Shown one piece after another: positions 20,926-32,244 of a stretch of DNA of 64,000 nt; position 1 is the first letter of the stretch; every line of letters starts with the position of its first letter. The DNA is taken from assembly GCA_963813715.1 (NCBI GenBank), contig CAWFAK010000016.1:64001-128000 (forward strand), written 5' to 3'. The stretch comes from an uncultured Planctomycetaceae bacterium (GTDB taxonomy: Bacteria > Planctomycetota > Planctomycetia > Planctomycetales > Planctomycetaceae). The translations under genes were made by a program, and so were the position numbers. A model generated the notes under the pieces. That model did no database searches. It had not been told where the DNA came from and saw only the letters and a program-made list of their open reading frames with translations.

Positions 20926-21699
20926 ATGCCGACTGCTGTTTTCTCCACGACCGAGGCTGTCCAACTCGGCGAGTTTGTGCTCGAGGCCTATAACCTTTAC
21001 GCCGGCACTGGCTTCGCGCTGCCCACGGGCTACACGCTCGTGACGCCGATTTACGCGGACGACATCACCGACGGCGATCCGGATTACAAAGTCTTTGGGT
21101 TCATCGCCCGCTCGGGTTCCGACGTCGTGGTCGCCATTCGCGGCACCGAAGGATTCTTGGAGTGGATCAGGGATTTTGAACTCATTCTGCTGCCGTTTCC
21201 GTACGCGACCGCCGGCAAGGTCGAGCAGGGCTTCAAGAACTTTTACGCGTCTTTCGTCACCGGCAACACAACCGCGTCGCCGCGGGTGATCAGCGCCCTG
21301 GCCAAACTCGTGGCCGACGGCTCGGTTAAAACACTCCGCATTGCCGGGCACAGCTTGGGCTCGGCATTGGCTACGATGCTCGCGCTCGAGCTGGCCGCCA
21401 CGAGCGTCTACGCAGATCCCGTCGTGTATACCTTCGGCAGCCCGCGCGTCGGCGACAAGGTCTTTGCCGGCACGTATGACAACCTGGTCGCGTCGAGCTG
21501 GCGGGTGGCCAACCTGAACGACCTCGTCCCGCAACTGCCGCCGCAACTGGCCGGTTACGTCCACGTCGATGCCGAAGTCCCCATCAACTCCGACGACCGT
21601 TGCCGACAGACGGTCGCCTGCTGGCACGCCCTCGATACCTACCTCAACACGCTCGATTCTTCGGTTCCCCTCGACCCGACGTGTGTGCCGGTCGCCTGA
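20926..21699 (+). CDS. Class 3 lipase family protein
   Basis: VVAIRGT, GHSLG nucleophile elbow, YTFGSPRVGD, DLVPQLPP and C-terminal His (WHAL). Confidence 0.92.
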   Translation: MPTAVFSTTEAVQLGEFVLEAYNLYAGTGFALPTGYTLVTPIYADDITDGDPDYKVFGFIARSGSDVVVAIRGTEGFLEWIRDFELILLPFPYATAGKVEQGFKNFYASFVTGNTTASPRVISALAKLVADGSVKTLRIAGHSLGSALATMLALELAATSVYADPVVYTFGSPRVGDKVFAGTYDNLVASSWRVANLNDLVPQLPPQLAGYVHVDAEVPINSDDRCRQTVACWHALDTYLNTLDSSVPLDPTCVPVA

Positions 21700-21891
21700 C
21701 CCGCAAACGAACCGGGTGCGGTTGGCGTCAGGTTTTTCCTCACCGGAAACTGGTGATTTCTTAGCCGTCGCAGTTTCCACCGCCAGTGCCCTTCGCTAGC
21801 ATATTCTTACGATCGTAAGAGTAACGTTTCGACCGGCGTGTGGGCCGATGGGGCACCGCGGTCGCGTCGTTGAAATCTGCAACGGCAAGGC

Positions 21892-23199
21892 GTGGCATCG
21901 ATGCGCAAAATCTCTTCCGGGGGCTCGTTCTGCTGTGGCCTGGGTGTGCTGCTCTTGCTCGCCGTCGGCCGGACAAATGCAGCCGATTGGCCCCAGTGGC
22001 TCGGGCCAGGTCGCAACGGCGTGAGCGCCGAGGCCGTGGCACCTTGGAAGGGGGCGCCCAAGGTCGTCTGGCGGCAAAAGGTCTACCAGTCCTTCAGCTC
22101 GCCGATCGTGGCCGACGGCATCGTCTTCATCCACACCTGCGTCAAAGACAAGGACATCGAAGAAGTCATCGCCCTCGACGCCGCGACCGGCAAACGGCGA
22201 TGGCACGACACCTATCCGCGGGCCAAGTATCGCAGCCAGCTCGGGGCGGGCCCGCGGGCCACGCCGAGCGTCGCAGACGGCAAACTGGTCACCTACGGCA
22301 TCACGGGCGCGCTCACGTGTTACGAAGCCCGCACCGGCGCGCGGCTGTGGCAGGTGAACCCGTACGAATCCAACAAGCTCACCCTGCCGCGCTTCGGCGT
22401 CTGCAGCTCCCCGATTCTGACGGGCGGACGGGCCGTGGTCCTGGTCGGCGGAGCGGGGTTTGCCGTCGCCGCCTACAACCTCTCAAACGGCAAGCTGGCG
22501 TGGAAAGCTCTCGACGAACCAGCGGGTTCTGCGTCACCGACGCTGCTGCCGGGCACGTCGCCGGGGTCGGAAGAGCAAATCGTCGCACAAACAACTCTGC
22601 GGCTCGCCGGTCTCAGCCCGAAGGACGGCAAGACCCGCTGGGAACAGCCTTTGGTGTTCGAGCCGTCGGGAGTCTCGCCGACTCCGTTCGTCGCCAGTGA
22701 TCTCTTGTTCTGCACGACGCAAGATAGCGGCACGATCGCCGTGACGCTGCCGGGCAAGGGGCACGCCGAGCCGTCGGTCAAATGGCGGAAGGCCGACTTC
22801 AGCGGCTACTTTTCCACGGGCACCGTCGGTCCGGAGGAAACGGTGCTGATCGTTACCAACGCGCTGGCTCCGCTGCCGCGGGCCGATCTCCGCTGCCTCG
22901 ATCCGGCGACGGGCAATGAGCTGTGGAAGAAGGAGAATCTCGGCTACTTCCACTTCGCGGTCATGTCCGTCGCAGATGGCAAGGTGCTGATCTTGGACGA
23001 CGGCGGCACCCTGCTGCTCGCCGAAGCCACGCGTAAGGGCTATCGGGAACTGGCCAAGTCGAAAGTCTGCCTCGGCACGTTCAACAGTCCGGCGCTGGCC
23101 AATGGTCGGCTGTTCGTTCGCGACAACGCCGAAGTGATCTGCCTCGATCTCTCCGCCCCGGCGACGAAGGCGGCAACGACTGCCGCGAAGACACCCTAA
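21892..23199 (+). CDS. PQQ-like (BamB-type) beta-propeller protein, secreted
   Basis: Signal peptide, DWPQWLGPGRNG, GPRATP, SSP repeats and PALANGRLFVR. Confidence 0.9.
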   Translation: MASMRKISSGGSFCCGLGVLLLLAVGRTNAADWPQWLGPGRNGVSAEAVAPWKGAPKVVWRQKVYQSFSSPIVADGIVFIHTCVKDKDIEEVIALDAATGKRRWHDTYPRAKYRSQLGAGPRATPSVADGKLVTYGITGALTCYEARTGARLWQVNPYESNKLTLPRFGVCSSPILTGGRAVVLVGGAGFAVAAYNLSNGKLAWKALDEPAGSASPTLLPGTSPGSEEQIVAQTTLRLAGLSPKDGKTRWEQPLVFEPSGVSPTPFVASDLLFCTTQDSGTIAVTLPGKGHAEPSVKWRKADFSGYFSTGTVGPEETVLIVTNALAPLPRADLRCLDPATGNELWKKENLGYFHFAVMSVADGKVLILDDGGTLLLAEATRKGYRELAKSKVCLGTFNSPALANGRLFVRDNAEVICLDLSAPATKAATTAAKTP

Positions 23200-23238
23200 A
23201 AAAGAAGCCTGAAGAAGAGCCCTGCAGGAGTCTCGCAA

Positions 23239-24817
23239 ATGCCGTCGTGGTTCTTGGCGATCAGCCTGCTGCGGCCGGCGCGGGCACTTCCGATTCGCCT
23301 TCCGCCGGACTGGCGCGGACCATCGACCACCAAATCGCCGCACGACTTGCCGAGGAACACGTCGAGCCGGCGGCGCGTGCGGACGACGCGGAGCTCTTGC
23401 GCCGCCTGAGCCTCGACCTGATCGGCCGGATTCCGACGACCAAAGAGGTGCAGTCGTTCCTGGCTGATCCGAGCACCGATAAGACGAGTTCCAATAAAAC
23501 GACGCGTCTGATCGACCGCCTGCTCGCCGACCCGCAACACTCGCGGCATTTTGCCCGCGTCTGGCGAGCCCTGCTGCTGCCCGAGGCGGCCACTGATCCG
23601 CGGATCGCCTATTTTCAGCCGGGTTTTGAGGCGTGGCTGGCGGAGCGACGGCGGTCGAATGTCGGCTTCGACACGATCGTCCGCGAGCTGTTGACGGTGC
23701 CGATCAACGGCCCCGACCAAATTCCGAAATACGTGCTGCGCGACATGCACGCGGCGAACCCGGTCGCGTTTCTCGCCTCGAAGCAGGCCGACCCCGCGAA
23801 GATCGCGACGAGCTGCGTGCGGATATTTTTGGGCGTGCGGATGGAGTGCGCGCAATGCCACGATCACCCATTCGACCGTTGGACGCAAAAACAGTTCTGG
23901 AGCCAGGCCGCCTTCTTTGCCGGTCTCGAACGCAAAGGTCGCGGTCCGTTCGCTCCGCTCGTCGAGGCGGCGGATCGCCACACGATCCACGTGAACGAGA
24001 CGGAAAAGACCGTGCCCGCCGCCCTGCTCGACGGCACGTCGCTTCGCTTCGATGCGCACAAGTCGCCCCGGCTGAGCTTTGGCAAGTGGTTGACGGCGCG
24101 GCGGAATCCTTATTTGCGCGGGCCATCGTCAACCGCGTCTGGGGTCAGTTGATGGGCGTCGGGCTTGTCAGTCCCGTCGACGATTTCCGCGAGTCCAATC
24201 CGCCGACGCACCCGGAACTCTTGCAAGCCCTCGCGGACGACTTCGCCGCGTCGGGCTTCGATTTGACGCGCCTCTATCGGGCCATCTGCCTCTCAGCAGC
24301 CTACCAGCGGACGAGCGCGACCGACTCGAGCCAGCAGGCGCATCCCGAGTTGTTTGCCGCGATGGCCATCAAACCCCTCTCGGGGGACCAACTCTTCGAC
24401 AGCCTTTCCTTGGCGATCGGCCGGGAGTGGTCGGAGCAAGCGGGACAGATGGAGACCGGCGAGCTCGACACGATGCGGCAAAAGGTGATCAAGGCGTTCG
24501 GAGCCGACGAAGAGACCGAACATCCGAAGACGTCCGTGTCGCAGGCACTCAACCTGATGAACGGCACCCTGATCAGCGAGGCCGTCGACCCGCAGACCAG
24601 CCCACGAATCAAGCAGACGATCGCAGCCGATCGCGACTCGCCGGAGCGACAGCTCGACGCACTCTATCTCACCACGTTGAGCCGTCATCCGAGCGATGCC
24701 GAGAAACGAATGATGCGGGACCATCTCGCGGGGGCCGCGCCGGCTGAACGTTCGCGGCAACTGGGCGACGTGTTTTGGGTGCTGCTCAATTCGGCCGAGT
24801 TCCGGTGGAATCACTAA
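23239..24817 (+). CDS. DUF1549/DUF1553 Planctomycete protein (frameshifts near 23270 and 24110)
   Basis: AGGAG then ATG 23239 (MPSWFLAISLL); DAELLRRLSLDLIGRIPT, CAQCHDHP, IVNRVWGQLMGVGLV and WVLLNSAEFRWNH. Confidence 0.87.
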
Positions 24818-24854
24818 GCGGAATCACAAATCAGTTGATGATGGGAGCAGCCAA

Positions 24855-26198
24855 GTGATGGCAATGTCACAAGGGAACCGAGCTGCGTCGACTTGGTTGG
24901 CAAACTCCGAGCTGACTCGTCGGAGCTGGCTGGCTGCCACGTCGGGGAGTTTGCTGGGAGGCGGCCTGGCCGGATGGCTCAATCGACTAGCCGCGGCGGC
25001 CGGCCCACAGACACGGCCCACACGCTCGTGCGTCTTGCTGTGGATGAACGGCGGTCCCAGTCAGACCGACACGTTCGACCTCAAGCCGGGGCATGCGCAC
25101 GGCGGTCCGTTTAAGTCCATCGCCACCCGCACGCCGGGCATTTCGATCAGCGAACATCTGCCCGGCCTCGCACAGTGGAGCGATCGCCTGGCGGTGATCC
25201 GTTCCATGTCGACGCGCGAAGGCGATCACACCCGTGCTCGCGACAACCTCCGTACCGGCTACCTGCCCCAAGGTCCGATCGAGTTCCCCGTGCTGGGCTC
25301 GCTCGTCTCGAAGGAATGCAATCGCCCGCCGAGCGACTTGCCAAACTACGTCAGCATTTTGTCGCAGGGGCTGTTTGGCGCCGGCACAGGCCCGGCCGGC
25401 TTCCTCGGTCCCGATTATGCCCCGCTCTTGGTGGGGCACGAGAGCGACGGCATGGACGGCGGCGGCCAACTCAGCGTGGAGAATCTCTCGCTGCCGGAGG
25501 GTGTTTCGTCGCCGCAAGCCCGCGCTCGGCTCGCACTTTTGCATCGTGCCGAAGAGGGATTCTTGAACCGCCGGCGCGGTTCGGCTGTGAGCGAACATCT
25601 CAATGCGTACGCCAAGGCCTCGCGCCTGATGAGTCCGGCCGCGGCCAAGGCGTTCGAACTGGCCGATGAGCCCGCCAAGGTTCAGGACCAATACGGCCGC
25701 TCGCAGTTCGGCCAGGGCTGCCTGATGGCGCGGCGACTGATCGAGAAGAACGTCCCCTTCGTGGAAGTGTCGCTCGGCGGTTGGGACACGCACGATGACA
25801 ACTTCAGCCGCGTGCAGTCGCTCAGCGGCGTGCTCGACAAGGCGTGGTCCGCGCTGTTGCAGGATCTCAAGGATCGCGGCCGGCTCGAGACGACTTTAAT
25901 CGTTTGGATGGGTGAGTTCGGCCGCACGCCGGTGATCAATCCGCGCCAGGGAAGGGACCACTATCCCAAGGCCTGGAGCGTTGTGCTCGGCGGTGGCGGC
26001 ATTCGCGGCGGTCAAGTGGTCGGTCGCACGAGCGCCGACGCGATGACGGTCGGGGATCGCCCGGTCTCGGCTCCCGATTTGCTGGCGACGATTTGTTTGG
26101 CCATGGGGCTCGACCCGCGCAAGCAGAACATGTCGAACGTCGGCCGGCCGATTCGCCTGGTCGATCCGACCGCCAAGCCGATCCGGGAGATCGTCTGA
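24855..26198 (+). CDS. DUF1501 domain protein, Tat-exported
   Basis: LTRRSWL leader; GGPSQTDTFDLKP, CLMARRLIE, GWDTH, GEFGRTP and GRDH. Confidence 0.93.
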   Translation: MMAMSQGNRAASTWLANSELTRRSWLAATSGSLLGGGLAGWLNRLAAAAGPQTRPTRSCVLLWMNGGPSQTDTFDLKPGHAHGGPFKSIATRTPGISISEHLPGLAQWSDRLAVIRSMSTREGDHTRARDNLRTGYLPQGPIEFPVLGSLVSKECNRPPSDLPNYVSILSQGLFGAGTGPAGFLGPDYAPLLVGHESDGMDGGGQLSVENLSLPEGVSSPQARARLALLHRAEEGFLNRRRGSAVSEHLNAYAKASRLMSPAAAKAFELADEPAKVQDQYGRSQFGQGCLMARRLIEKNVPFVEVSLGGWDTHDDNFSRVQSLSGVLDKAWSALLQDLKDRGRLETTLIVWMGEFGRTPVINPRQGRDHYPKAWSVVLGGGGIRGGQVVGRTSADAMTVGDRPVSAPDLLATICLAMGLDPRKQNMSNVGRPIRLVDPTAKPIREIV

Positions 26199-26202
26199 GT
26201 CT

Positions 26203-27515
26203 ATGAGTTCTTCCGCGATGGTCAGCCCAGCTCGCCCCGCTCGGCGGTTTGCCTTCGATTACGGCTGGGTGGTGGTCGTGCTCGCGGCCCTGGCGATGAC
26301 GGCCACGCTTCCCGGGCGGACGCACGGACTGGGACTGATCACCGAGCCGTTGCTGGCCGATCTGGGCATCGAGCGGCACGCTGTTCGGGCGGATCAATCT
26401 CGTCACCTGCTTGCTGGGAACGGCGTTTTGTCTGCCGGCCGGCTGGATGCTCGATCGCTTCGGCATTCGCATCGCCACCTCCTGCACGGTGTTGGTGCTC
26501 GCGATTTCCGTCATCGGCATGGCGACGGCCCACACGGTGGTGGCGCTCACCTTGTGGCTGGTGCTCGTCCGCGGCGTTGGGCAAAGCGCCCTGTCGATCG
26601 TGAGCATGGCGGCCGTCGGCAAATGGTTTCGGGGACGCCGCTTGGGCGTCGCCATGGGGGTCTACGCCGTTCTGCTCACCTTCGGGTTCATTGGCAGCGT
26701 CGTCTGGCTGGGCTCGGCCGTGGAAAAATCCGGCTGGCGGACGGCCTGGAGCCAGCTCGGTTGGATCCTGTTGCTCGGCATGGTGCCTCTCAGTTTGTTG
26801 TGCGCGGAATCCGGCGGCCGGGGCGGACGACGCCGAGCGATTCTTCGTTTCCCATGTCGGCCGATTTGCCGCCCGTCGACTTTTCCTTCGGCCAGGCGAT
26901 TCGCACGCCGGCCTTTTGGGTATTCGCCGTGGGAGCGGGAGCGTTCAACCTCGTCTGGTCGGCGCTCACGCTGTTCAACGAGTCGATACTTAAAGAGCAC
27001 GGGTTCGATGCGCACGCGGCCATCAGCGTGATGGCAATGCTCGTCGGCACCGGCCTGCTCTCGAACCTCGTGGGCGGCGCCTTGGTCCGCCGCCGTCGAA
27101 TCGGCTGGCTGCTGGGCGCCGGGCTGGCGACGCTGGCGATCGCTCTCATTTACTTTCCGCGGGTGACGACCAGCACGGCCTTGATGTCGTATGCCGCGGG
27201 CATCGGCATCGCGGGGGGACTGGTGACGGTCGTCTTCTTTGCGGCCTGGAGCAGCCTGTTCGGCCGGCGCAAGTCGGCCGCATCCAGGGACTGGCTCAGC
27301 TGATCACGGTCGTCGCGTCGGCGATCGGTCCCGATCTGATGGCCGAGGGCCGCGCACTCTCCACCTCCTACTCGCCGATGTTTTACGTGGCAGCAGCGGC
27401 GACGGGCGCGCTCGCGCTCGCGGCCTGTTTCGTCCCGGTTCCGTCGCTTGGGGCGACGACGAGCCCAATCGCCGACGCGCCCCTCGCCTCCGTCGCCGCG
27501 ACGCAAAAGGCCTAA
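26203..27515 (+). CDS. MFS transporter (split by about three frameshifts)
   Basis: Multiple transmembrane helices and MFS motif A (GWMLDRFGIR). Segments lie in ORFs 26203..27303 and 26411..27031, plus a final frame ending at TAA 27515. Confidence 0.82.
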
Positions 27516-27697
27516 GGGACGTGCGCCGGTCGCGCAACGGCCGAACGTTGTTGCGTGCGCCGCCGCGTCGAACTACGATTCGCCTAGACGAACTGGCATT
27601 TCATTCGGCCGCCCGATTCGACTCTTTGCGGCCGCTCAGTTTCTCGCTGGGTTATCTGAGTCTGGATTCTTCTTGGTCGTTTTTTGAGAGACCTCGC

Positions 27698-29516
27698 ATG
27701 TCTGTCGAAACCATTCCCCTTGCCGAAGCTCCGCAGCCGCCCCGATCGAAGAAGTTGCGGCTCTGGCCCGCGATTCCGTTTGTGGTGTTGATGCTGGCCG
27801 CCAAGGCAGCGCAGCCCCTCTTCCTGCAGCAGGCCGCGCCGAACGTTACGGTCTTCATGGTGGTCGTGTTTGGTCCGGTGGTCTGCTGCTTCATCCTGCT
27901 GCTGTGGTGGCTGTTCTTCACCCGTGCGCCGTGGAGCGATCGCCTGATCGGCCTGGCGGGGGCGGTTGTGGGAAGTCTTGATCGCCTGGTTCGTCGCCGA
28001 TCCTTCGATTCACGGCCAGGCGTCCATCTTCTACGTACTTCCGGACGCCGCTCTGGCGTTCACCGTGGCCTTCCTGATTCTCTCGCGATGGGGCGCGCGG
28101 CTGGGGACGGTGACGGCTCTCGTCGCCGGAGCCCTCGCGCTCGGCTACTGGGACACTGTGCGGTTCGACGGCATGTGGGGTAATTTCAAGGCGACCATGC
28201 ACTGGCGCTGGGAAAAGACTCCCGAGCAAGAGTTCCTGGCGGAACGCAATGCCAAGTCGGCCCCCACGGCGGCAAACGCCGAGCCGTTGGGGAAGGTCCT
28301 GTGGTCACAGTTTCGCGGGCCGAAGCGCGACAGCGTGGCGCCGGGCGTCGTGCTCGACGTCGACTGGAAGGCCCACGCTCCGAAGCAAATCTGGAAGCGA
28401 AAGGTCGGCCCGGGTTGGTCGTCGTTCAGCGTGGCGGGCAACCGGCTCTTCACGCAAGAGCAGCGCGGCGAAAACGAAGACGTCGTGTGCTACGACGCCA
28501 AGACTGGCGAGGAGCGCTGGATCAACGAGACCAAGGCCCGCTTCGACGAGGCGATGGGAGGCGCCGGGCCGCGGGCCACACCCACGCTGGCCGGCGGACT
28601 GCTCTACGTGCAGGGGGCCGCGGGGCTCTTGCAGTGTCTCGATCCGCTCACGGGAGCGGTCAAGTGGAAGCGCGATTTGATGCAAGAGGCCAACCGGAAG
28701 AAGACGCCCATCTGGGGCTATTCCTCGTCTCCGTTAATCGTGGGCGACAAAGTCATCGCATACTCATCCGGCGACGAAGGCGAGAAGGGGATGCTCCTGG
28801 CGTTCGACGCCGCGACGGGCGAGCCGCGGTGGACGGCCACGGCCGGCAACAGCAGCTACAGCTCGCCGCAGTTGGCCAAGCTGGCCGGCCGCGAGGTCGT
28901 GCTGTTTTGGGGGCAGACCGGGCTCACCGCGGTCGACGCCCCAACGGGAAAGCCGGCTTGGAACTACGACTGGCTATTCCAGGGCTATCGCGTTGTCCAG
29001 CCGCTGCTCTTGAGCGAGACCTCGGTGTTGTTGGGCACCGGCATGGGTGAAGGCACGCGGCGGGTCGAGCTGGTCCCGGCCAAGGGAGCCGGCGAAGTGA
29101 AATTCGAGGACCGCTGGACCTCGCACGACATGAAGCCCGACTTCAACGACTTCGTGGCCTTCGACGGGGCGCTCTACGGGCTCGATCACAACATCCTCTG
29201 CTGCGTCGACCTGGCGACCGGCACCAAGAAGTGGAAAAACGGCCGCTACGGCAACGGCCAGATTCTGCTGCTGCCCGACGCGGGTCAGCTGCTCGTGCTG
29301 ACGGAACAGGGCGAGCTGGTGCTGATCCAGGCCAACCCGTCCAAGCTCGACGAAGTGGCGCGGGCAAAGGTGCTCGACGGCAAAACTTGGAATCATCCCG
29401 TGCTCGTCGGCAATCGGGTCTACGTCCGCAACGCCGAGGAAGCCGCCTGCTTCGAGGTGCCCCTGGCCAAACAAAGCACGGGCGACCCGGCCAAAGAGAA
29501 GCACCGGGAACTTTAA
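27698..29516 (+). CDS. Membrane-anchored PQQ-like beta-propeller protein (frameshift near 27965)
   Basis: N-terminal transmembrane helices, then WSQFRGPKRD, GPGWSSF, GPRATP and KTWNHPVL. Confidence 0.87.
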
Positions 29517-29537
29517 GCGAGAGTCGCCGACCGTGCG

Positions 29538-29741
29538 CTAGTGCCGTCGCGAGGGTGGGGGTGGTGTATCCCGCCACGGAGCGAGGATCTCATCCTCAGA
29601 CCGGGGAACCGTCGCCGTCAGTGCCGAACGGGGCACCGTCAGCACGGTGCCGCAGTCGTTGCACTTGCCGCTCTTGCCCGCGGCATCATCACTTGTCCGA
29701 ATGGCACGCCCGCACTTTGGGCAGGCAAACCTGATGGTCAT
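29538..29741 (-). CDS. Small zinc-ribbon protein or gene fragment
   Basis: MTIRFACPKCG...AGKSGKCNDCGTVLTVP, an N-terminal zinc-ribbon module usually attached to longer Planctomycete proteins. Confidence 0.6.
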   Translation of the reverse strand: MTIRFACPKCGRAIRTSDDAAGKSGKCNDCGTVLTVPRSALTATVPRSEDEILAPWRDTPPPPSRRH

Positions 29742-30057
29742 GGCCCGTGACCCTCTGGGATTGCGAACTGCGTCAGATTTCGAATTAACTTGCGAAGTCT
29801 AGCAAGACTCAGCATGGAGCTGATACGCCGGATTGGCAAGAGCCGCTGAATGAAACTCGCAAACTTTGCCGCCGATCCGCAGCTTGACGCGCTCGCAAAA
29901 TTTCGCGGGCACCGGAAAGAGGCTGACCGGCCCAGCTTTTGCATCACGACCGAGACCATGACCGAGAGCGAAATGATGCAGGACCAGCGTTGACGAAGTG
30001 TTCTCCGCCCGAAGATGATTCCGAGGCGGGCCAGCAACTCTTGAGCGTCGAACAGGC

Positions 30058-31225
30058 ATGGTCCGATTACGTGCAACGAATGGTGCTTCTGGTCAGTTGG
30101 CTATCGCTCCGACTCGCGCTCGGCTGCGCCATTTCGCGGATGCCGCGGCCACAATGGTGGGCTACAAAGTCCGCCGCGGGCTGGGAGTGTCGGCCCGCCA
30201 GCTAGCGGACGTGGCCGAGAAGACCTGGGAGATCGCCCCGGGCGTCGACGAGCCGCACGTTCCCCTCTACATTCCCGAGTCGCACTTCGGACGCATCGAA
30301 GCGCACGCTCCTCCGTACCAGCACCAGCCGGTTTCCAGCCTGCTGGCCGCCATCCGGCAGGAGCGCCATCGCGGCGGCGCGACGCGGGCTTATTTACTGC
30401 GCGACGCATTTCTGCTCGGCCAACGAATCTACTGTGGCCTTTACCAGGGCGATCTCTATTCAACGCTCGGCTGGCGCGCGTTGTGGCGTGCCAACACGGC
30501 GGAGATCGCCGAAGGCGTGATGGCGAGCACCTATTCCGGTGCGCGCTGGTTCGCCCACCTGCTCTACGACGAGTTCCCGCTGCAGGAATTGGCGTCGACT
30601 CTGGGAAACTCCGTCGGCCACGTGCGTCCGGCCTATCCGCACGAACCCGGCTGGCGCGGTGCTGGGCGTGCCGGCTCCTCCCGCCTACGCGGCCGTGCGA
30701 GCGCGAAAACTAATTTGGGTCGACGACTGCGGCCAGAACCTTGCCAAGCGCAGTCGCTACCAATCGCTGCGTTCGCGCGTCACCGGCTTTGCCAACGGCC
30801 ACGATCGCGTCTTCCTCCGCCGCAATCCGTTTCCCGTGGGGGAAGTCCGCCGGATCGTCAACGGTGCGGAGGTGGAAGACCGTCTCGTGCGCGAGGGATT
30901 TCATATCGTCGACACGGGGCAGGTCACCGTCGACGAAATGCTCACTCGCTGCATGAACGCGTCGATGGTCGTCAGTGTCGAGGGCTCGCACGCCGCCCCC
31001 GCGTACTACTTTGCCCGCCGCGGCGCGTGTCTGTTATCCCTTTATCCGCCGCGCCGCGTCAGCGTGTTGATGCCGCGGTTGGCGAGCTTTTACGGGCAAG
31101 TCGGCGCGATGTTCGTCGGAGAGCCGTCCGCGGAAGGCGACTCGGATTTCTACGTCAATCCCGACGAACTGATCCGCGAGATCGATCGCGCGGCCGAATT
31201 TGCCGGCCGGCAAAGCCTGCTTTAG
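30058..31225 (+). CDS. Glycosyltransferase family 61 (DUF563)-like protein (frameshift near 30655)
   Basis: FAHLLYDE, VFLRR...RRIVNGAEVE...GF...VVSVEGSH pattern resembling GT61. Confidence 0.7.
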
Positions 31226-31234
31226 AGCGGGCGG

Positions 31235-31939
31235 CTACTGGATTGGAATCCGCGACAAGAGCTGCTGCGCCACGCCGGCAATTCGAGTCCCCGGCACGTT
31301 ATTGATCACGCGCTGTAGCAGGGCCGCCGCCTCAGGATAGATGCCGGCCCGAATCAGGTTGCGGGCGTTGGACACGAGGCCACTGTATTGCCGCTGCGCC
31401 GCCGTGTCTGGATTGAGGTATCCGGACGAAAGGGCCAGACCGAGCACCGGATACCCACCCAGGAATTGGAGGTTGCTCGCCGCCGTCTGGTTTGCGGCCT
31501 GGTTTGCGTTCGACGAGTTCGTCGTGTTGGCCGACGGCAGGGACGCCGCGTTCGACTTGGTGTTCGTGGTGGACGACGCGCCCGTGCTTCCGCTGATGCT
31601 CCCATGAGACACCAGCGACGAAGGCGGCGTGAGCACCGGACCAAAGGCCTCGTCGGCCAAACTCTTGGTGCTACCGCTGCTGCTCGAGCGAGTCGACTTG
31701 CTGGAGGCCGTCTTGCCGCTGGCCGTTCCCGGTGCGCTGCGGTTGTAACTGCCGACTTGGGTGCCGTCGCGGCGCGTATAGCTGCGCACGTGAACGCTGC
31801 CACCGGAGTTGCTGCCGTAACTGCCTCCGCCACTGAAGCCACTGCTGCGCCCACCGCGCGAGATGCCGCCGCGGCCGTAAGAACTCGAGGGGGCAAAGAG
31901 AGCAAGCGAGACGATTAGAACCGCTGACCAAGCGCGCAT
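31235..31939 (-). CDS. Secreted Gly/Ser-rich hypothetical protein
   Basis: Signal peptide, VHVRSYTRRDGTQVGSYNRS motif, low-complexity linker and C-terminal TPR-like hairpin. Confidence 0.8.
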   Translation of the reverse strand: MRAWSAVLIVSLALFAPSSSYGRGGISRGGRSSGFSGGGSYGSNSGGSVHVRSYTRRDGTQVGSYNRSAPGTASGKTASSKSTRSSSSGSTKSLADEAFGPVLTPPSSLVSHGSISGSTGASSTTNTKSNAASLPSANTTNSSNANQAANQTAASNLQFLGGYPVLGLALSSGYLNPDTAAQRQYSGLVSNARNLIRAGIYPEAAALLQRVINNVPGTRIAGVAQQLLSRIPIQ

Positions 31940-32244
31940 GGCCTTCTCCTTCAGCGAAACTCCGCGGCTGACTTAAGTGTGCGCCTGGGCGAGCCAGAAC
32001 ACAAGCGAAACCAGCGGCGGGCGTTGCGTTAAGGGCCAACTCGCGCGCGTCGAAGATTAAGACGGCGAAAGGGACAGCAGTCCCACCGCGACCCGAATGC
32101 CCCGTTTCCTCGGGGGTTGAACAAACTGCCGTCGCCGATCAGGGCACGCCAGACCAGCGGCGCGAGCCGGGCCTGCCGTCCGCACCGAACTCGAATTCGA
32201 TCGCGTCCTGCGCGGCTTCCGCTGCCCTCGGCCCGGCCACCTTG

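Noticed and set aside
32105..32125. GGGGGTTGAAC as a second att site for the tRNA-Thr island
   Set aside because: Only a short, gapped match to the tRNA 3' end; chance level.
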